From the NCBI GenBank assembly GCA_945613785.1, contig CALZAJ010000002.1, forward strand, positions 1 through 39,275: DNA of 39,275 nt, in the 5' to 3' direction. The DNA comes from an uncultured Verrucomicrobiota bacterium. Its GTDB lineage: Bacteria > Verrucomicrobiota > Kiritimatiellia > RFP12 > UBA1067. Positions 1 to 9,432 of this stretch are shown here, in pieces. Position 1 is the stretch's first letter. Every line of letters begins with the position of its first letter. The position numbers and the translations under genes are program-made. Below the pieces are notes generated by a model. It was not told the origin of the DNA. It saw only the letters and a program-made list of their open reading frames with translations, and did not search any database.

Positions 1-1
1 G

Positions 2-568
2 GTGAACTACAAGGGACGCCTCGCCAATGTCGGACCCGAGATGGCGTTCGTCGAGTCCTGGCGCAAGAACACCTCGAAGATCGTCGATCTCATGGCGTCG
101 GGCGAGATTCCCGAGCGCATCACGCACAACGACACGAAGATCAACAACGTGCTCGTCGCGCCGGATGGCACGGCCGTCGTCATCGACCTCGACACGACGA
201 TGCCGGGCAGCGCGCTCTACGACTTCGGTGACATGGTCCGCACGTCGTCCGCGGCAGCTGCGGAAGACGAGAAGGATCTCTCCAAGGTCTATTCCAAGAA
301 GGAGTACTTCGAGCAGCTCGTGAAGGGCTATCTCGAGGGCGCCAAGTTCCTCAACGAGGCCGAGAAGGCGAACCTCGCGTTCTCCGGCCGCCTCATGACT
401 TTTGAGGTCGGCATCCGCTTCCTGGCGGACTACCTGAAGGGCGACACCTACTTCCACACCGCGTACGAGGACCACAACCTTGTCCGTGCGCGCACGCAGT
501 TCAAGATGGTGCAGTCGATGGAAGAGCAGGCCGAGGAATACGAGGCCATCGTGAAGAAGTATCTCTGA
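2..568 (+). CDS. APH/ChoK-fold kinase, N-acetylhexosamine-1-kinase (NahK)-like; C-terminal 188 aa only, 5' end lies outside the window
   Basis: The frame is open to the window edge. The catalytic loop ITHNDTKINNVL fits the HxDxxxxN Brenner motif and is followed by the VIDLDT metal-binding Asp. The HNDTKxNN spelling is typical of NahK-type members. Stop TGA at 566-568. Confidence 0.7.
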   Translation: MNYKGRLANVGPEMAFVESWRKNTSKIVDLMASGEIPERITHNDTKINNVLVAPDGTAVVIDLDTTMPGSALYDFGDMVRTSSAAAAEDEKDLSKVYSKKEYFEQLVKGYLEGAKFLNEAEKANLAFSGRLMTFEVGIRFLADYLKGDTYFHTAYEDHNLVRARTQFKMVQSMEEQAEEYEAIVKKYL

Positions 569-572
569 GCAA

Positions 573-1220
573 GTGAAAACTGAAATTCTTCCTTCGCTGC
601 TGGCCGCGGATTACGGCCATCTGGCGGACGACATCCTCCGCGCGCAGGCATCTGGGGCGGAGGCACTTCACATCGACATCATGGATCCGACGTTCGTTCC
701 GAACATGTCGTTCGGTCCGGACATCGTCGCGCTCTGCCGCAAGGTCGCGCCTGACTTCTATCGGAACGTCCATCTGATGATGAACCGTCCGGATCTCTAT
801 CTCGAGGCGTTCGCGAAGGCCGGCGCGCAGACGATTCAGATCCACATCGAGGCGGACTGCGATCTTCACGTCGAGCTCAAGCGCATTCGTGCGCTCGGTT
901 GCAAGGCGGCGGTCGTGCTGAATCCTGAGACTCCGGTGGAGATTCTCTATCCGTATCTCGACGAAGTCGACGAAGCGCTGGTGATGACCGTCCATCCGGG
1001 TTACGGTGGACAGAAGTTCATCGCCGAGTGCCTGCCGAAGGTCACTTGGCTGCGCGCGCAGCGTCCCGCTCTCGACATCATGATCGACGGCGGTGGCAAC
1101 GCGGAGACGATTCCGCTGGCCTACAAGGCCGGTGCCAATCAGTTCGTCGCCGGCAGCTACCTCTACAAGCAGGCCGACATGAAGGCCGCCGTCACGGCCT
1201 TGAAGGCCTCCCTTTCCTGA
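573..1220 (+). CDS. rpe: Ribulose-phosphate 3-epimerase
   Basis: GTG start 4 nt after the previous stop. ILPSLLAADYGHLADDI, HIDIMDPTFVPNMSFGP, VMTVHPGYGGQKF and IDGGG are canonical Rpe TIM-barrel signatures. 215 aa is the normal length. Confidence 0.93.
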   Translation: MKTEILPSLLAADYGHLADDILRAQASGAEALHIDIMDPTFVPNMSFGPDIVALCRKVAPDFYRNVHLMMNRPDLYLEAFAKAGAQTIQIHIEADCDLHVELKRIRALGCKAAVVLNPETPVEILYPYLDEVDEALVMTVHPGYGGQKFIAECLPKVTWLRAQRPALDIMIDGGGNAETIPLAYKAGANQFVAGSYLYKQADMKAAVTALKASLS

Positions 1221-1315
1221 CAGTCTGCCGATTGTCCCTTCAGTGACATCGGAATGCGCTGGCTGGCCGACCGACCGTGGCAATGAAGCGGTGTGGAACA
1301 GAGGGAAGGGTAAAA

Positions 1316-1324
1316 TGATATAAT
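1316..1324 (+). promoter_or_regulatory. Extended -10 promoter element TGATATAAT for coaC
   Basis: Exact match to the TGnTATAAT consensus. It ends 7 nt before the ATG at 1332. Confidence 0.45.
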
Positions 1325-1331
1325 GGGGAGC

Positions 1332-1859
1332 ATGAGAAAGATTGTCCTAGGAGTGACGGGGTCGATTGCGGCCTATAAGGCAGCTGAACTTGTTCGTCTG
1401 TTCGTGAAGAACGGTGACGAAGTGCATGTCGTCATGACGCCGGCGGCCTGTGAGTTCGTCACGCCGCTCACGTTCCAGACGCTGTCGCGCAATCCGGTTG
1501 AGGTCGAGCAGTTCGCGCCTCCCGCGCAGTGGATGCCCGAACACATCTCGCTTGCGGACTGCGCCGATCTCGTCGTGATTGCGCCGGCGACGGCGAACAC
1601 GATCGCCAAGATCCGTTATGGCATTGCGGACAATCTCCTCACCGCCACGGTCCTCGCGACCAAGGCCCCGATTGTCGTCGCGCCGGTCATGAACACCGGC
1701 ATGCTCGAGAATCCCGTCACGCAGGAGAACATCGCCGCCCTGAAGGCGCGCGGCGTCAAGATCGTCGATCCTGATTCGGGAGAACTCGCCTGTGGGGCGA
1801 CCGGCAAAGGACGGATGCCCGAGGCCTCGGAGATCTTCGAGAGCTGTTTGGGGCTTTGA
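1332..1859 (+). CDS. coaC: Phosphopantothenoylcysteine decarboxylase (stand-alone flavoprotein CoaC domain, 175 aa)
   Basis: MRKIVLGVTGSIAAYKAAELVRLF... and PATANTIAKIRYGIADNLL are typical of the Dfp N-terminal flavoprotein domain. There is no CoaB (synthetase) half. The track start at 1323 lies inside the -10 box, so 1332 is preferred. Confidence 0.88.
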   Translation: MRKIVLGVTGSIAAYKAAELVRLFVKNGDEVHVVMTPAACEFVTPLTFQTLSRNPVEVEQFAPPAQWMPEHISLADCADLVVIAPATANTIAKIRYGIADNLLTATVLATKAPIVVAPVMNTGMLENPVTQENIAALKARGVKIVDPDSGELACGATGKGRMPEASEIFESCLGL

Positions 1860-1894
1860 GTGTTGGGATTGAAAGACAGGTGGAGCGGGGTTCT

Positions 1895-2641
1895 ATGAAA
1901 GTCGTTGTTGTCATACCGACCTACAATGAAAAGGAGAATGTCGAGAACATGGCCAAGGCCGTTCTCTCGCAGCGCCTACCCGAATCGATCTCTTCTCTTG
2001 AACTCCTTTTTGTCGATGACAATTCGCCGGACGGGACTGGTGACATCGTCGAGGGACTGATGAAGTCCGAGCCACGTCTTCACTGTCTGCATCGCACGAA
2101 GAAGGAAGGTCTCGGGCGCGCGTATGTCGCGGGATTCAAGAAGGCCCTTGCGCTCGGTGCGGACCTCGTTATTCAGATGGACTGCGATTTCTCACATGAC
2201 CCGAAGGACGTTCCGCGTCTCGTCGAGGCCATCACGACTCCCGAGATCGAACACGCGAGCGGTCGGCAATTTCCGGATCTCGTCATTGGCTCGCGCTATG
2301 TGAAGGGCGGCGGAACGCCGGGTTGGCCGTTCAAGCGCCGTCTCATCTCGCGGTGCGGCGGTATCTTCATCCGAACCGTCACGGGCATGCCGATTAAGGA
2401 TCCGACGGGCGGGTTCCGGTGCTGGCGTCGTGCGACGCTCGAGGGACTCGACCTCGAGACGGTCGAGTCCGCCGGCTACTCGTTCCAGCTGGAGATGAAT
2501 CATCGCACCTGGAAGCGCGGCTATCGGATCAAGGAAATCCCGATCGTCTTCACGGATCGCGTCGCCGGCTATTCGAAGATCACGGCGGGCATCGCCGTCG
2601 AGTCCATCAAGATCGCCCTGCGCCTTCGCTTCCGCGGCTGA
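1895..2641 (+). CDS. GT2 polyprenyl/dolichyl-phosphate beta-mannosyltransferase (Ppm1/Dpm1-like)
   Basis: MKVVVVIPTYNEKENV..., FVDDNSPDGTGDIV, QMDCDFSHDP and FRCWRR follow the Dpm1/Ppm1 GT2 pattern. The ATG at 1895 is preceded by GGAGCGGGG. The track start at 1856 is a TTG overlapping the coaC stop. Confidence 0.85.
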   Translation: MKVVVVIPTYNEKENVENMAKAVLSQRLPESISSLELLFVDDNSPDGTGDIVEGLMKSEPRLHCLHRTKKEGLGRAYVAGFKKALALGADLVIQMDCDFSHDPKDVPRLVEAITTPEIEHASGRQFPDLVIGSRYVKGGGTPGWPFKRRLISRCGGIFIRTVTGMPIKDPTGGFRCWRRATLEGLDLETVESAGYSFQLEMNHRTWKRGYRIKEIPIVFTDRVAGYSKITAGIAVESIKIALRLRFRG

Positions 2642-2740
2642 CTTTCCCAATCATGTCACGGCACCCCCTCGGTCCGGTGCCTCTCTCTCGGTCGGAGACA
2701 GCAAGGTTAACTTCGACGGTAGCATCGGTGAGGAGGTGTT

Positions 2741-3454
2741 ATGATAAGGAAATTAGTACATTTCATAGCGTGCATAAGCATCATGACTGTCTATGCTGAC
2801 ATTGATCGGGATGAGGTTAAGAGAGTATTCATTTCGGCGGGTCAGGTTATCGATAATCCTTCATTAAGTCATTCTGAGTATCAGTATTCATTGGTTCTTT
2901 GCAACTACGATACAAACGTGTATGCGAGTATCATGACCGAGCTTGCCCTGACAAATAATAATAATATTTCTGAGAGTGCATTCCAAACGCTAGGACTCTT
3001 GGGGGCAGGTGGAGATTTGCCATTCTTGTACTCTTGCGCAACAAATGAGCAATATGCAGCTAATGCGGTCTCGGCGATTCTGAAGGCCGAAGGATGTACG
3101 GAGACATCAGTTGATCTCTTTAACGAATTTCTGATGAATACCAACATCAGCCAGAGTGTCAGGTCTCATTTTGGTTGTGAAATTCTTGACGCGGTCTGGA
3201 AACCAAGCGTTTCAATAACGAATCGTAATATGGGTGTTGCGTGCGTGATGAACTATGCGCCTACGGCGAATCGGTTCTTCTTGGCATTGGACGAGGCAAT
3301 CATCTTCTATGATCAGACCTATCGCATGAGCCGTCGGCGACTGGCCGTCCTCCGCTCCGTCCGTGATCTAGGGATGAACCCCTATCAGCACAACTACGTC
3401 ACGAACGCCATCAATGAGTTAGTGGCTTATCCCGAAGCCAATCTCCCGGAGTGA
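2741..3454 (+). CDS. Hypothetical secreted protein (low-GC gene, possibly HEAT-like repeats)
   Basis: Signal-peptide-like N-terminus MIRKLVHFIACISIMTVYA/DI. A hand count gives 22 of 60 G+C in its first 60 nt, against 34 of 60 for the first 60 nt of gmk. I recognise no family motif. Confidence 0.6.
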   Translation: MIRKLVHFIACISIMTVYADIDRDEVKRVFISAGQVIDNPSLSHSEYQYSLVLCNYDTNVYASIMTELALTNNNNISESAFQTLGLLGAGGDLPFLYSCATNEQYAANAVSAILKAEGCTETSVDLFNEFLMNTNISQSVRSHFGCEILDAVWKPSVSITNRNMGVACVMNYAPTANRFFLALDEAIIFYDQTYRMSRRRLAVLRSVRDLGMNPYQHNYVTNAINELVAYPEANLPE

Positions 3455-3489
3455 GATGAGTTTCTGTTAGAGAAAGCCGACTGAAGAAA

Positions 3490-3498
3490 TGGTATAAT
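3490..3498 (+). promoter_or_regulatory. Extended -10 promoter element TGGTATAAT for gmk
   Basis: Matches the TGnTATAAT consensus. It ends 9 nt before the ATG at 3508, and no Shine-Dalgarno sequence lies between them. Confidence 0.45.
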
Positions 3499-3507
3499 CA
3501 GTAGACA

Positions 3508-4107
3508 ATGAAAACCAAGCCGCTCTTTATCGTCCTGTCCGCGCCTTCGGGCTGCGGAAAGTCCACATTGATTGACATGCTCCTCCAGGAGTACTCCGAC
3601 ATCTGCTACTCCATCAGCTGCACGACGCGTGATCCGCGCGGCGAAGAGGAGGATGGTCTCGACTATCATTTCAAGACGAAGGAACGGTTCGAGGAGCTTA
3701 TCAAGGAAGACGCCTTCATCGAATACGCGAAGGTGCACGACAACTACTACGGCACGCTGAAGGCGCCGATCCAGGAGGTGCTCGCCGAGGGGAACTCGAT
3801 GATCCTCGACATCGACGTCCAGGGAGCGGCGAAGGTCCGCGAGTACGTTCGCAATCTCCCCAACACCGATCCGATGAAGATCGGCTATGTCGACATCTTC
3901 ATCAATCCGCCGTCGATGGAAGAGCTCCGCCGTCGTCTCGAAGGACGCGGTACGGACGCCCCGGAGGTGATCGAGAAGCGCCTGGCCAATGCCGAAGGTG
4001 AGATGTCCCACGCCGCGGAATACATGTATCAGGTGACGAACGACGATCTCGCTATCGCCTACAAGCGTCTCTGCGACCTCGTCGACGCCTTGAGCGGAAG
4101 GATGTAA
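3508..4107 (+). CDS. gmk: Guanylate kinase
   Basis: P-loop LSAPSGCGKSTL, then TTRDPRGEEEDGLDYHF and YYGT. The ~200 aa length is typical. Confidence 0.93.
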   Translation: MKTKPLFIVLSAPSGCGKSTLIDMLLQEYSDICYSISCTTRDPRGEEEDGLDYHFKTKERFEELIKEDAFIEYAKVHDNYYGTLKAPIQEVLAEGNSMILDIDVQGAAKVREYVRNLPNTDPMKIGYVDIFINPPSMEELRRRLEGRGTDAPEVIEKRLANAEGEMSHAAEYMYQVTNDDLAIAYKRLCDLVDALSGRM

Positions 4108-4120
4108 CTTCAGTGCAGTT

Positions 4121-5299
4121 ATGAAACGTCTCACCTATGCCATGATCGGCGGAGCCGCGGGCTCCTTTATCGGCCCCATTCATCGGATGGCGATTCGGAT
4201 GGACGATTTGGCGGATCTCGCAGCCGGGTGTTTTTCACGCGATGCCAAGGCAAATGCCGCGGCGGCGGAGACGTGCGGTCTGCCGTCAGACCGTGTGTAC
4301 ACAAGTTGGCAGGACCTGCTGGCGACGGAGAAGGGGAAGGTTGACTTCATCTCCATTTGTACGCCGAATGACTCCCATTATGCGATCGCGAAAGCCGCGC
4401 TCGAAGCCGGCTTCGACGTGATGTGCGAGAAGCCCTTGTCGATCACGCTGGCGGAAGCCGAGGAACTCGGCAAGCTTGCGAAGCGGAAGCGTCGCATGCT
4501 CGGGATTCCCTTCACCTACTCGGGCTTCCCGATGGTCAAGTGTGCGCGCGAGCTGATTGCCAAAGGCGAACTCGGCAAGATCGATAAGATCGTTCTCGAG
4601 TACCAGCAGGGCTCGTTCCGGAAGATCGATTTCTCGAAGCCGCTCGACAAGCGCAACGCGTGGAAGATGGATCCCGCGCGTTCGGGCAACAGCTGTGTCG
4701 TTGCGGACATCGGCGTCCATGGGTTCCACCTGATCGAGTACGTGTCCGGACTTGAAGTGACGTCGCTTCTCGCCGATCTCTCGTCCTATGCGCCTGGCAA
4801 TCGCCTGGACGACGATGCCTCGATCCTCATGCGTCTGTCCTCGCCGGTGCGCACCGGCCGAATCAGAGGATCAAACAAATCGAAGAATCCGTTCCTCTCG
4901 GTTCCCAAGGCCTCCATGGTCGTTTCAAAAGTCGCGACGGGTGAGGAGAACGGCGTGCGGCTCCGGGTTTATGGAGACAGGGCTTCGCTTTTCTGGAACC
5001 AGGAGGCGCCGAACTACCTGTCCGTGAAGTATCCGTTTGCGCCGGAGCGGATCTTCAAGCGCAACGCACCGTACATGGCCGAGACCTCGTCCGCGTCGAA
5101 GCGCGCCTCGCGCATTCCCGCCGGGCATCACGAAGGATTCATCGAGGGCTTTGCCAATATCTACGATGAGTTCTGTGCGGCGGTCAGGGACCGTCAGCGA
5201 CATGATTTCCCGGGCGCGCACGAAGGCATTCGGACGATGCGTTTCGTGGAAGCGGCTCTCGCATCGAACGCGCAGGGGAATACGTGGGTCGAGGTGTGA
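4121..5299 (+). CDS. Gfo/Idh/MocA family NAD(P)-dependent oxidoreductase
   Basis: N-terminal Rossmann segment YAMIGGAAGSFIG, the CEKPL motif, and EENGVRLRVYG in the C-terminal alpha/beta domain. Confidence 0.88.
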   Translation: MKRLTYAMIGGAAGSFIGPIHRMAIRMDDLADLAAGCFSRDAKANAAAAETCGLPSDRVYTSWQDLLATEKGKVDFISICTPNDSHYAIAKAALEAGFDVMCEKPLSITLAEAEELGKLAKRKRRMLGIPFTYSGFPMVKCARELIAKGELGKIDKIVLEYQQGSFRKIDFSKPLDKRNAWKMDPARSGNSCVVADIGVHGFHLIEYVSGLEVTSLLADLSSYAPGNRLDDDASILMRLSSPVRTGRIRGSNKSKNPFLSVPKASMVVSKVATGEENGVRLRVYGDRASLFWNQEAPNYLSVKYPFAPERIFKRNAPYMAETSSASKRASRIPAGHHEGFIEGFANIYDEFCAAVRDRQRHDFPGAHEGIRTMRFVEAALASNAQGNTWVEV

Positions 5300-5343
5300 G
5301 ACGGGCGTCAGGGGTGATCTGTTTGGTTGATGAGATGGGTGAG

Positions 5344-5868
5344 ATGAAAATCGTTTGTCGAGTTGAATGGAAGGCGACGCCGGATTCTCCGAAGCCGGAT
5401 GTTTCGTTTGTGCCTGCAATGGAGCGGCGCCGGTTGACCGGCGTCGAGCGCGCGGCCTTGTCGGTCGCCCACCAGGCGCTCGAGCAAATCAAACAATCAG
5501 ACGATCAGGCGAATCAGACAGCTCTCCAGATCCCGGTGGTCTTCGCTTCCCGCTGGGGTGAGATCGGCACAACGGTCAAGTTGATGCAGCAGATGCACGG
5601 CGAAGGGGAGATGAGTCCGGCCGGATTCTCCAATTCGGTGCATAATGCAGCGCCCGGACACCTTTCCTTGTTGACGAAGAACAGGGCCCCTTATACGGCC
5701 ATTGCCGCCGGCCCCGATTCCTATGAGATGGGCTTGCTCGAGGCGTCCACGTACCCAGGTCGGGTCCTGTTTGTCTATGCGGAAGAGGAGACTCCCGAAT
5801 TCTATCGGCCCCACTTCCCCGATCCCCAGAAAGCTCATGCCGTTGCCCTGGTCATTGACAACGGCTGA
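5344..5868 (+). CDS. Beta-ketoacyl synthase N-terminal-like (chain-length-factor-like, PF13723-type) protein
   Basis: FASRWGEIGTTVKLM and SPAGFSNSVHNAAPGHLSL resemble the Ketoacyl-synt_2 family signature. The ATG at 5344 is preceded by GGGTGAG. The track start at 5284 overlaps the upstream gene. Confidence 0.65.
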   Translation: MKIVCRVEWKATPDSPKPDVSFVPAMERRRLTGVERAALSVAHQALEQIKQSDDQANQTALQIPVVFASRWGEIGTTVKLMQQMHGEGEMSPAGFSNSVHNAAPGHLSLLTKNRAPYTAIAAGPDSYEMGLLEASTYPGRVLFVYAEEETPEFYRPHFPDPQKAHAVALVIDNG

Positions 5869-5915
5869 CCGCGTGCAGAAAATCTTCAGAAGAGTCACAC
5901 CTAAGTCGCGAAATG

Positions 5916-5924
5916 TGATAAAAT
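5916..5924 (+). promoter_or_regulatory. Extended -10-like element TGATAAAAT upstream of tig
   Basis: TGnTAAAAT lies 38 nt upstream of the tig ATG. The leader carries a GAGGAG Shine-Dalgarno sequence. Confidence 0.4.
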
Positions 5925-5962
5925 ATATGCTCGCAATTTCAAAAACGAGGAGAATAGCCTAA

Positions 5963-7144
5963 ATGAAGACTGATACGAAGAAGCTGGATAAGTGCCAGGT
6001 TGAGCTGAACGTCACGCTGGACGCCGAGGAGATGAAGGCGATTGTGAAGGAAGTCGAGAAGGCTTTCGTGCGTGAGGCGAAGCTTCCGGGATTTCGTCCT
6101 GGCAAGGTCCCGCTTGAACTCATCCGCAAGGAATTTGCCCAGGGTCTTAAGCAGGAGACCGAGCGTGCGATGTTCCAGAAGAACATCGGCGAGGCGATCA
6201 AGGCCGAGCAGCTTGAGGAGATTGCGATTGCCGACGTCAAGGACATGAAGTTCGACGCCGAGGGCGGCAGCTTCACGGCCGTCGTCGAGGTCAAGCCGAC
6301 GTTCAAGGTCCCGACCTACAAGGGTCTCAAGATCGCCGCGGCGAACATCACCGTCGGTGACGATGCGGTCAACGAGCAGGTCGCCCGCCTCCGCACGGCT
6401 TATGCGAAGTTCGAGGATGCCAAGGACGGCGAGACGGTCCAGGACGGCGACTTCGTCCAGATCGACTACAAGGGCACGGTGGACGGCAAGGCCATCATCG
6501 AGCTCGCGCCTGAGGCGAAGATCGTCGATTCCGGCACGGGCTTCTGGACCCAGGTCGAAGAGGGCCGCTTCCTCCCCGAGATCCTCGATGCCGTCAAGGG
6601 CATGAAGGCCGGCGAGAAGAAGGAAGGCATCAAGGCGAAGTTCGACAAGGACGCCGCCCCGGAACCGCTCAAGGGCAAGAAGGCCGTCTATGAGCTGACG
6701 CTCAAGTCGTTCCGCCGTCGCGTCCTTCCGACCGACGCCGAGTTCGTCGAGAAGGCGAAGGCCGAGTCGCTCGAGAAGCTCGTCGCGACCGTCCGCGAGT
6801 CCCTGGAGAAGCAGATGGCCCAGCAGGAAGAGGCCCGTCGCGAGAACGAGGCCGTCGAGGCGCTCCTCAAGAAGGCCGACTTCGACGTTCCGCAGAGCCA
6901 GGTCCGTCGCGCGATGGACGGCATCCTCCACCAGCTCGCCGAGCGCGCCCAGTATTCGGGTCTGCCGGCCGACTACTTCGAGAAGAACCGCGAACAGATC
7001 CTCAAGGACGCCGAGGAGAACGGCACGAAGCAGGTCCGTCTCTGGTACCTCATCGACGCGATCGCCAAGGCCGAGAACATCGAGGCCAAGGACGAAGAGC
7101 GCGGCAAGAAGGTGCTCGACTTCATCCTTGCGAACGCCAAGTAA
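5963..7144 (+). CDS. tig: Trigger factor
   Basis: The N-terminal ribosome-binding motif GFRPGKVP and a central FKBP-like segment (DGDFVQIDYKGTVDGK). It sits immediately upstream of clpP-clpX. Confidence 0.93.
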   Translation: MKTDTKKLDKCQVELNVTLDAEEMKAIVKEVEKAFVREAKLPGFRPGKVPLELIRKEFAQGLKQETERAMFQKNIGEAIKAEQLEEIAIADVKDMKFDAEGGSFTAVVEVKPTFKVPTYKGLKIAAANITVGDDAVNEQVARLRTAYAKFEDAKDGETVQDGDFVQIDYKGTVDGKAIIELAPEAKIVDSGTGFWTQVEEGRFLPEILDAVKGMKAGEKKEGIKAKFDKDAAPEPLKGKKAVYELTLKSFRRRVLPTDAEFVEKAKAESLEKLVATVRESLEKQMAQQEEARRENEAVEALLKKADFDVPQSQVRRAMDGILHQLAERAQYSGLPADYFEKNREQILKDAEENGTKQVRLWYLIDAIAKAENIEAKDEERGKKVLDFILANAK

Positions 7145-7174
7145 GATTTGCGCCTCTGGGACGTTGATACAGGT

Positions 7175-7758
7175 ATGACTAAGAACTACGCAATTCCGTA
7201 CGTCGTCGAGCAGACGGGCAAGGGCGAGCGCTCTTACGACATCTACTCGCGACTCCTCTTGGATCGCATCGTCTTCATCTCGGGCGAGGTGCATGACGAC
7301 ATGGCCAACGCCATCGTCGCCCAGCTCCTCTTCCTGCAGTCGCAGGATCCGAAGAAGCAGATCAATGTCTACATCAACTCCCCGGGTGGCAGCGTCACCG
7401 CTGGCCTCGCCATCTACGATACGATGCAGTTCGTCAAGTGTCCGATCGCGACGTACTGCATCGGCCAGGCCGCCTCGATGGGCGCGGTGCTGCTGACGGC
7501 GGGCACGAAGGGTCTGCGCCACGCGCTTCCCAATGCCCGCATCATGATTCACCAGCCCTCCGGCGGCGCCGAGGGCAAGGCGACCGACATTGAGATCACC
7601 GCGAAGGAGATCCTCCGTCTCAAGGAGGTCCTGAACGGCATCCTCGCCAAGCACTCCGGCAAGAAGATGGCCGACGTGGTGAACGACACCGAACGCGACT
7701 ACTTCATGTCCGCCGAAGAGGCGAAGGAGTGGGGCCTGATCGACAAGGTGATCGACTG

Positions 7759-7759
<1 letters not shown>
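7175..7759 (+). CDS. clpP: ATP-dependent Clp protease proteolytic subunit
   Basis: [29 protein letters not shown], the catalytic Ser context GQAASMGA, and MIHQP. The ATG at 7175 is preferred over the TTG at 7148. Confidence 0.95.
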
Positions 7760-8991
<1,232 letters not shown>

Positions 8992-8997
8992 GAAACC

Positions 8998-9324
8998 ATG
9001 CAGTTGACGCTTCTGAAATCGAAACTTCACCGAATCCGCGTGACCGAGGCGTGCCTCGACTACGAGGGTTCGCTTTCGCTTGATCCTGACGACATGGAAG
9101 CCGTCGGCATCCTTCCCTTCGAGAAGATCCTTTGCGCTGACGTTGAGAACGGCAACCGCTTCGAGACCTACGCGATCGAGGGCAAGCGCGGAAGCCACGT
9201 CTGTTGTCTCAACGGCGCGGCCGCCCATAAGGGCAAGGTCGGTGACCGTCTGATCGTCATGGCTTTCGCGCAGATGACGCCCGAAGAAGCCAAGGGCTTC
9301 GTTCCCGCGGTCAAGCACTTCTAA
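8998..9324 (+). CDS. panD: Aspartate 1-decarboxylase (pyruvoyl-dependent)
   Basis: MQLTLLKSKLHRIRVTEACLDYEGS: the Gly24-Ser25 self-cleavage site sits at the canonical position. Confidence 0.92.
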   Translation: MQLTLLKSKLHRIRVTEACLDYEGSLSLDPDDMEAVGILPFEKILCADVENGNRFETYAIEGKRGSHVCCLNGAAAHKGKVGDRLIVMAFAQMTPEEAKGFVPAVKHF

Positions 9325-9393
9325 TCGCCTTCCGGTCCTTCTTACTCGTTCGTGTAGGTACCCGAAGGAGTATTGGGTCAGCGAGATTTCATC

Positions 9394-9402
9394 TGTTAAT
9401 AT
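9394..9402 (+). promoter_or_regulatory. Extended -10-like element TGTTAATAT
   Basis: TGnTAATAT lies 31 nt upstream of the ATG at 9433. It overlaps the TTG at 9403 used by the ORF track. Confidence 0.35.
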
Positions 9403-9432
9403 TTGCGGCATTCTCGTACAAGGAATGTCGCT

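Noticed and set aside
1856-1894. N-terminal extensions implied by the track starts at 1323, 1856, 5284, 7148, 7729, 9403 and 17693
   Set aside because: These are TTG or GTG codons, or ATGs that overlap upstream genes or the -10 boxes. In each case a downstream ATG gives the family-typical N-terminus or a proper signal peptide (1332, 1895, 5344, 7175, 7759, 9433, 17723).
4850-4925. Lys/Ser-rich, lower-GC patch (GRIRGSNKSKNPFLSVPKAS) inside the Gfo/Idh/MocA oxidoreductase
   Set aside because: It is in-frame and short. Without an alignment I cannot tell whether it is an insertion or a normal variable loop of this family.
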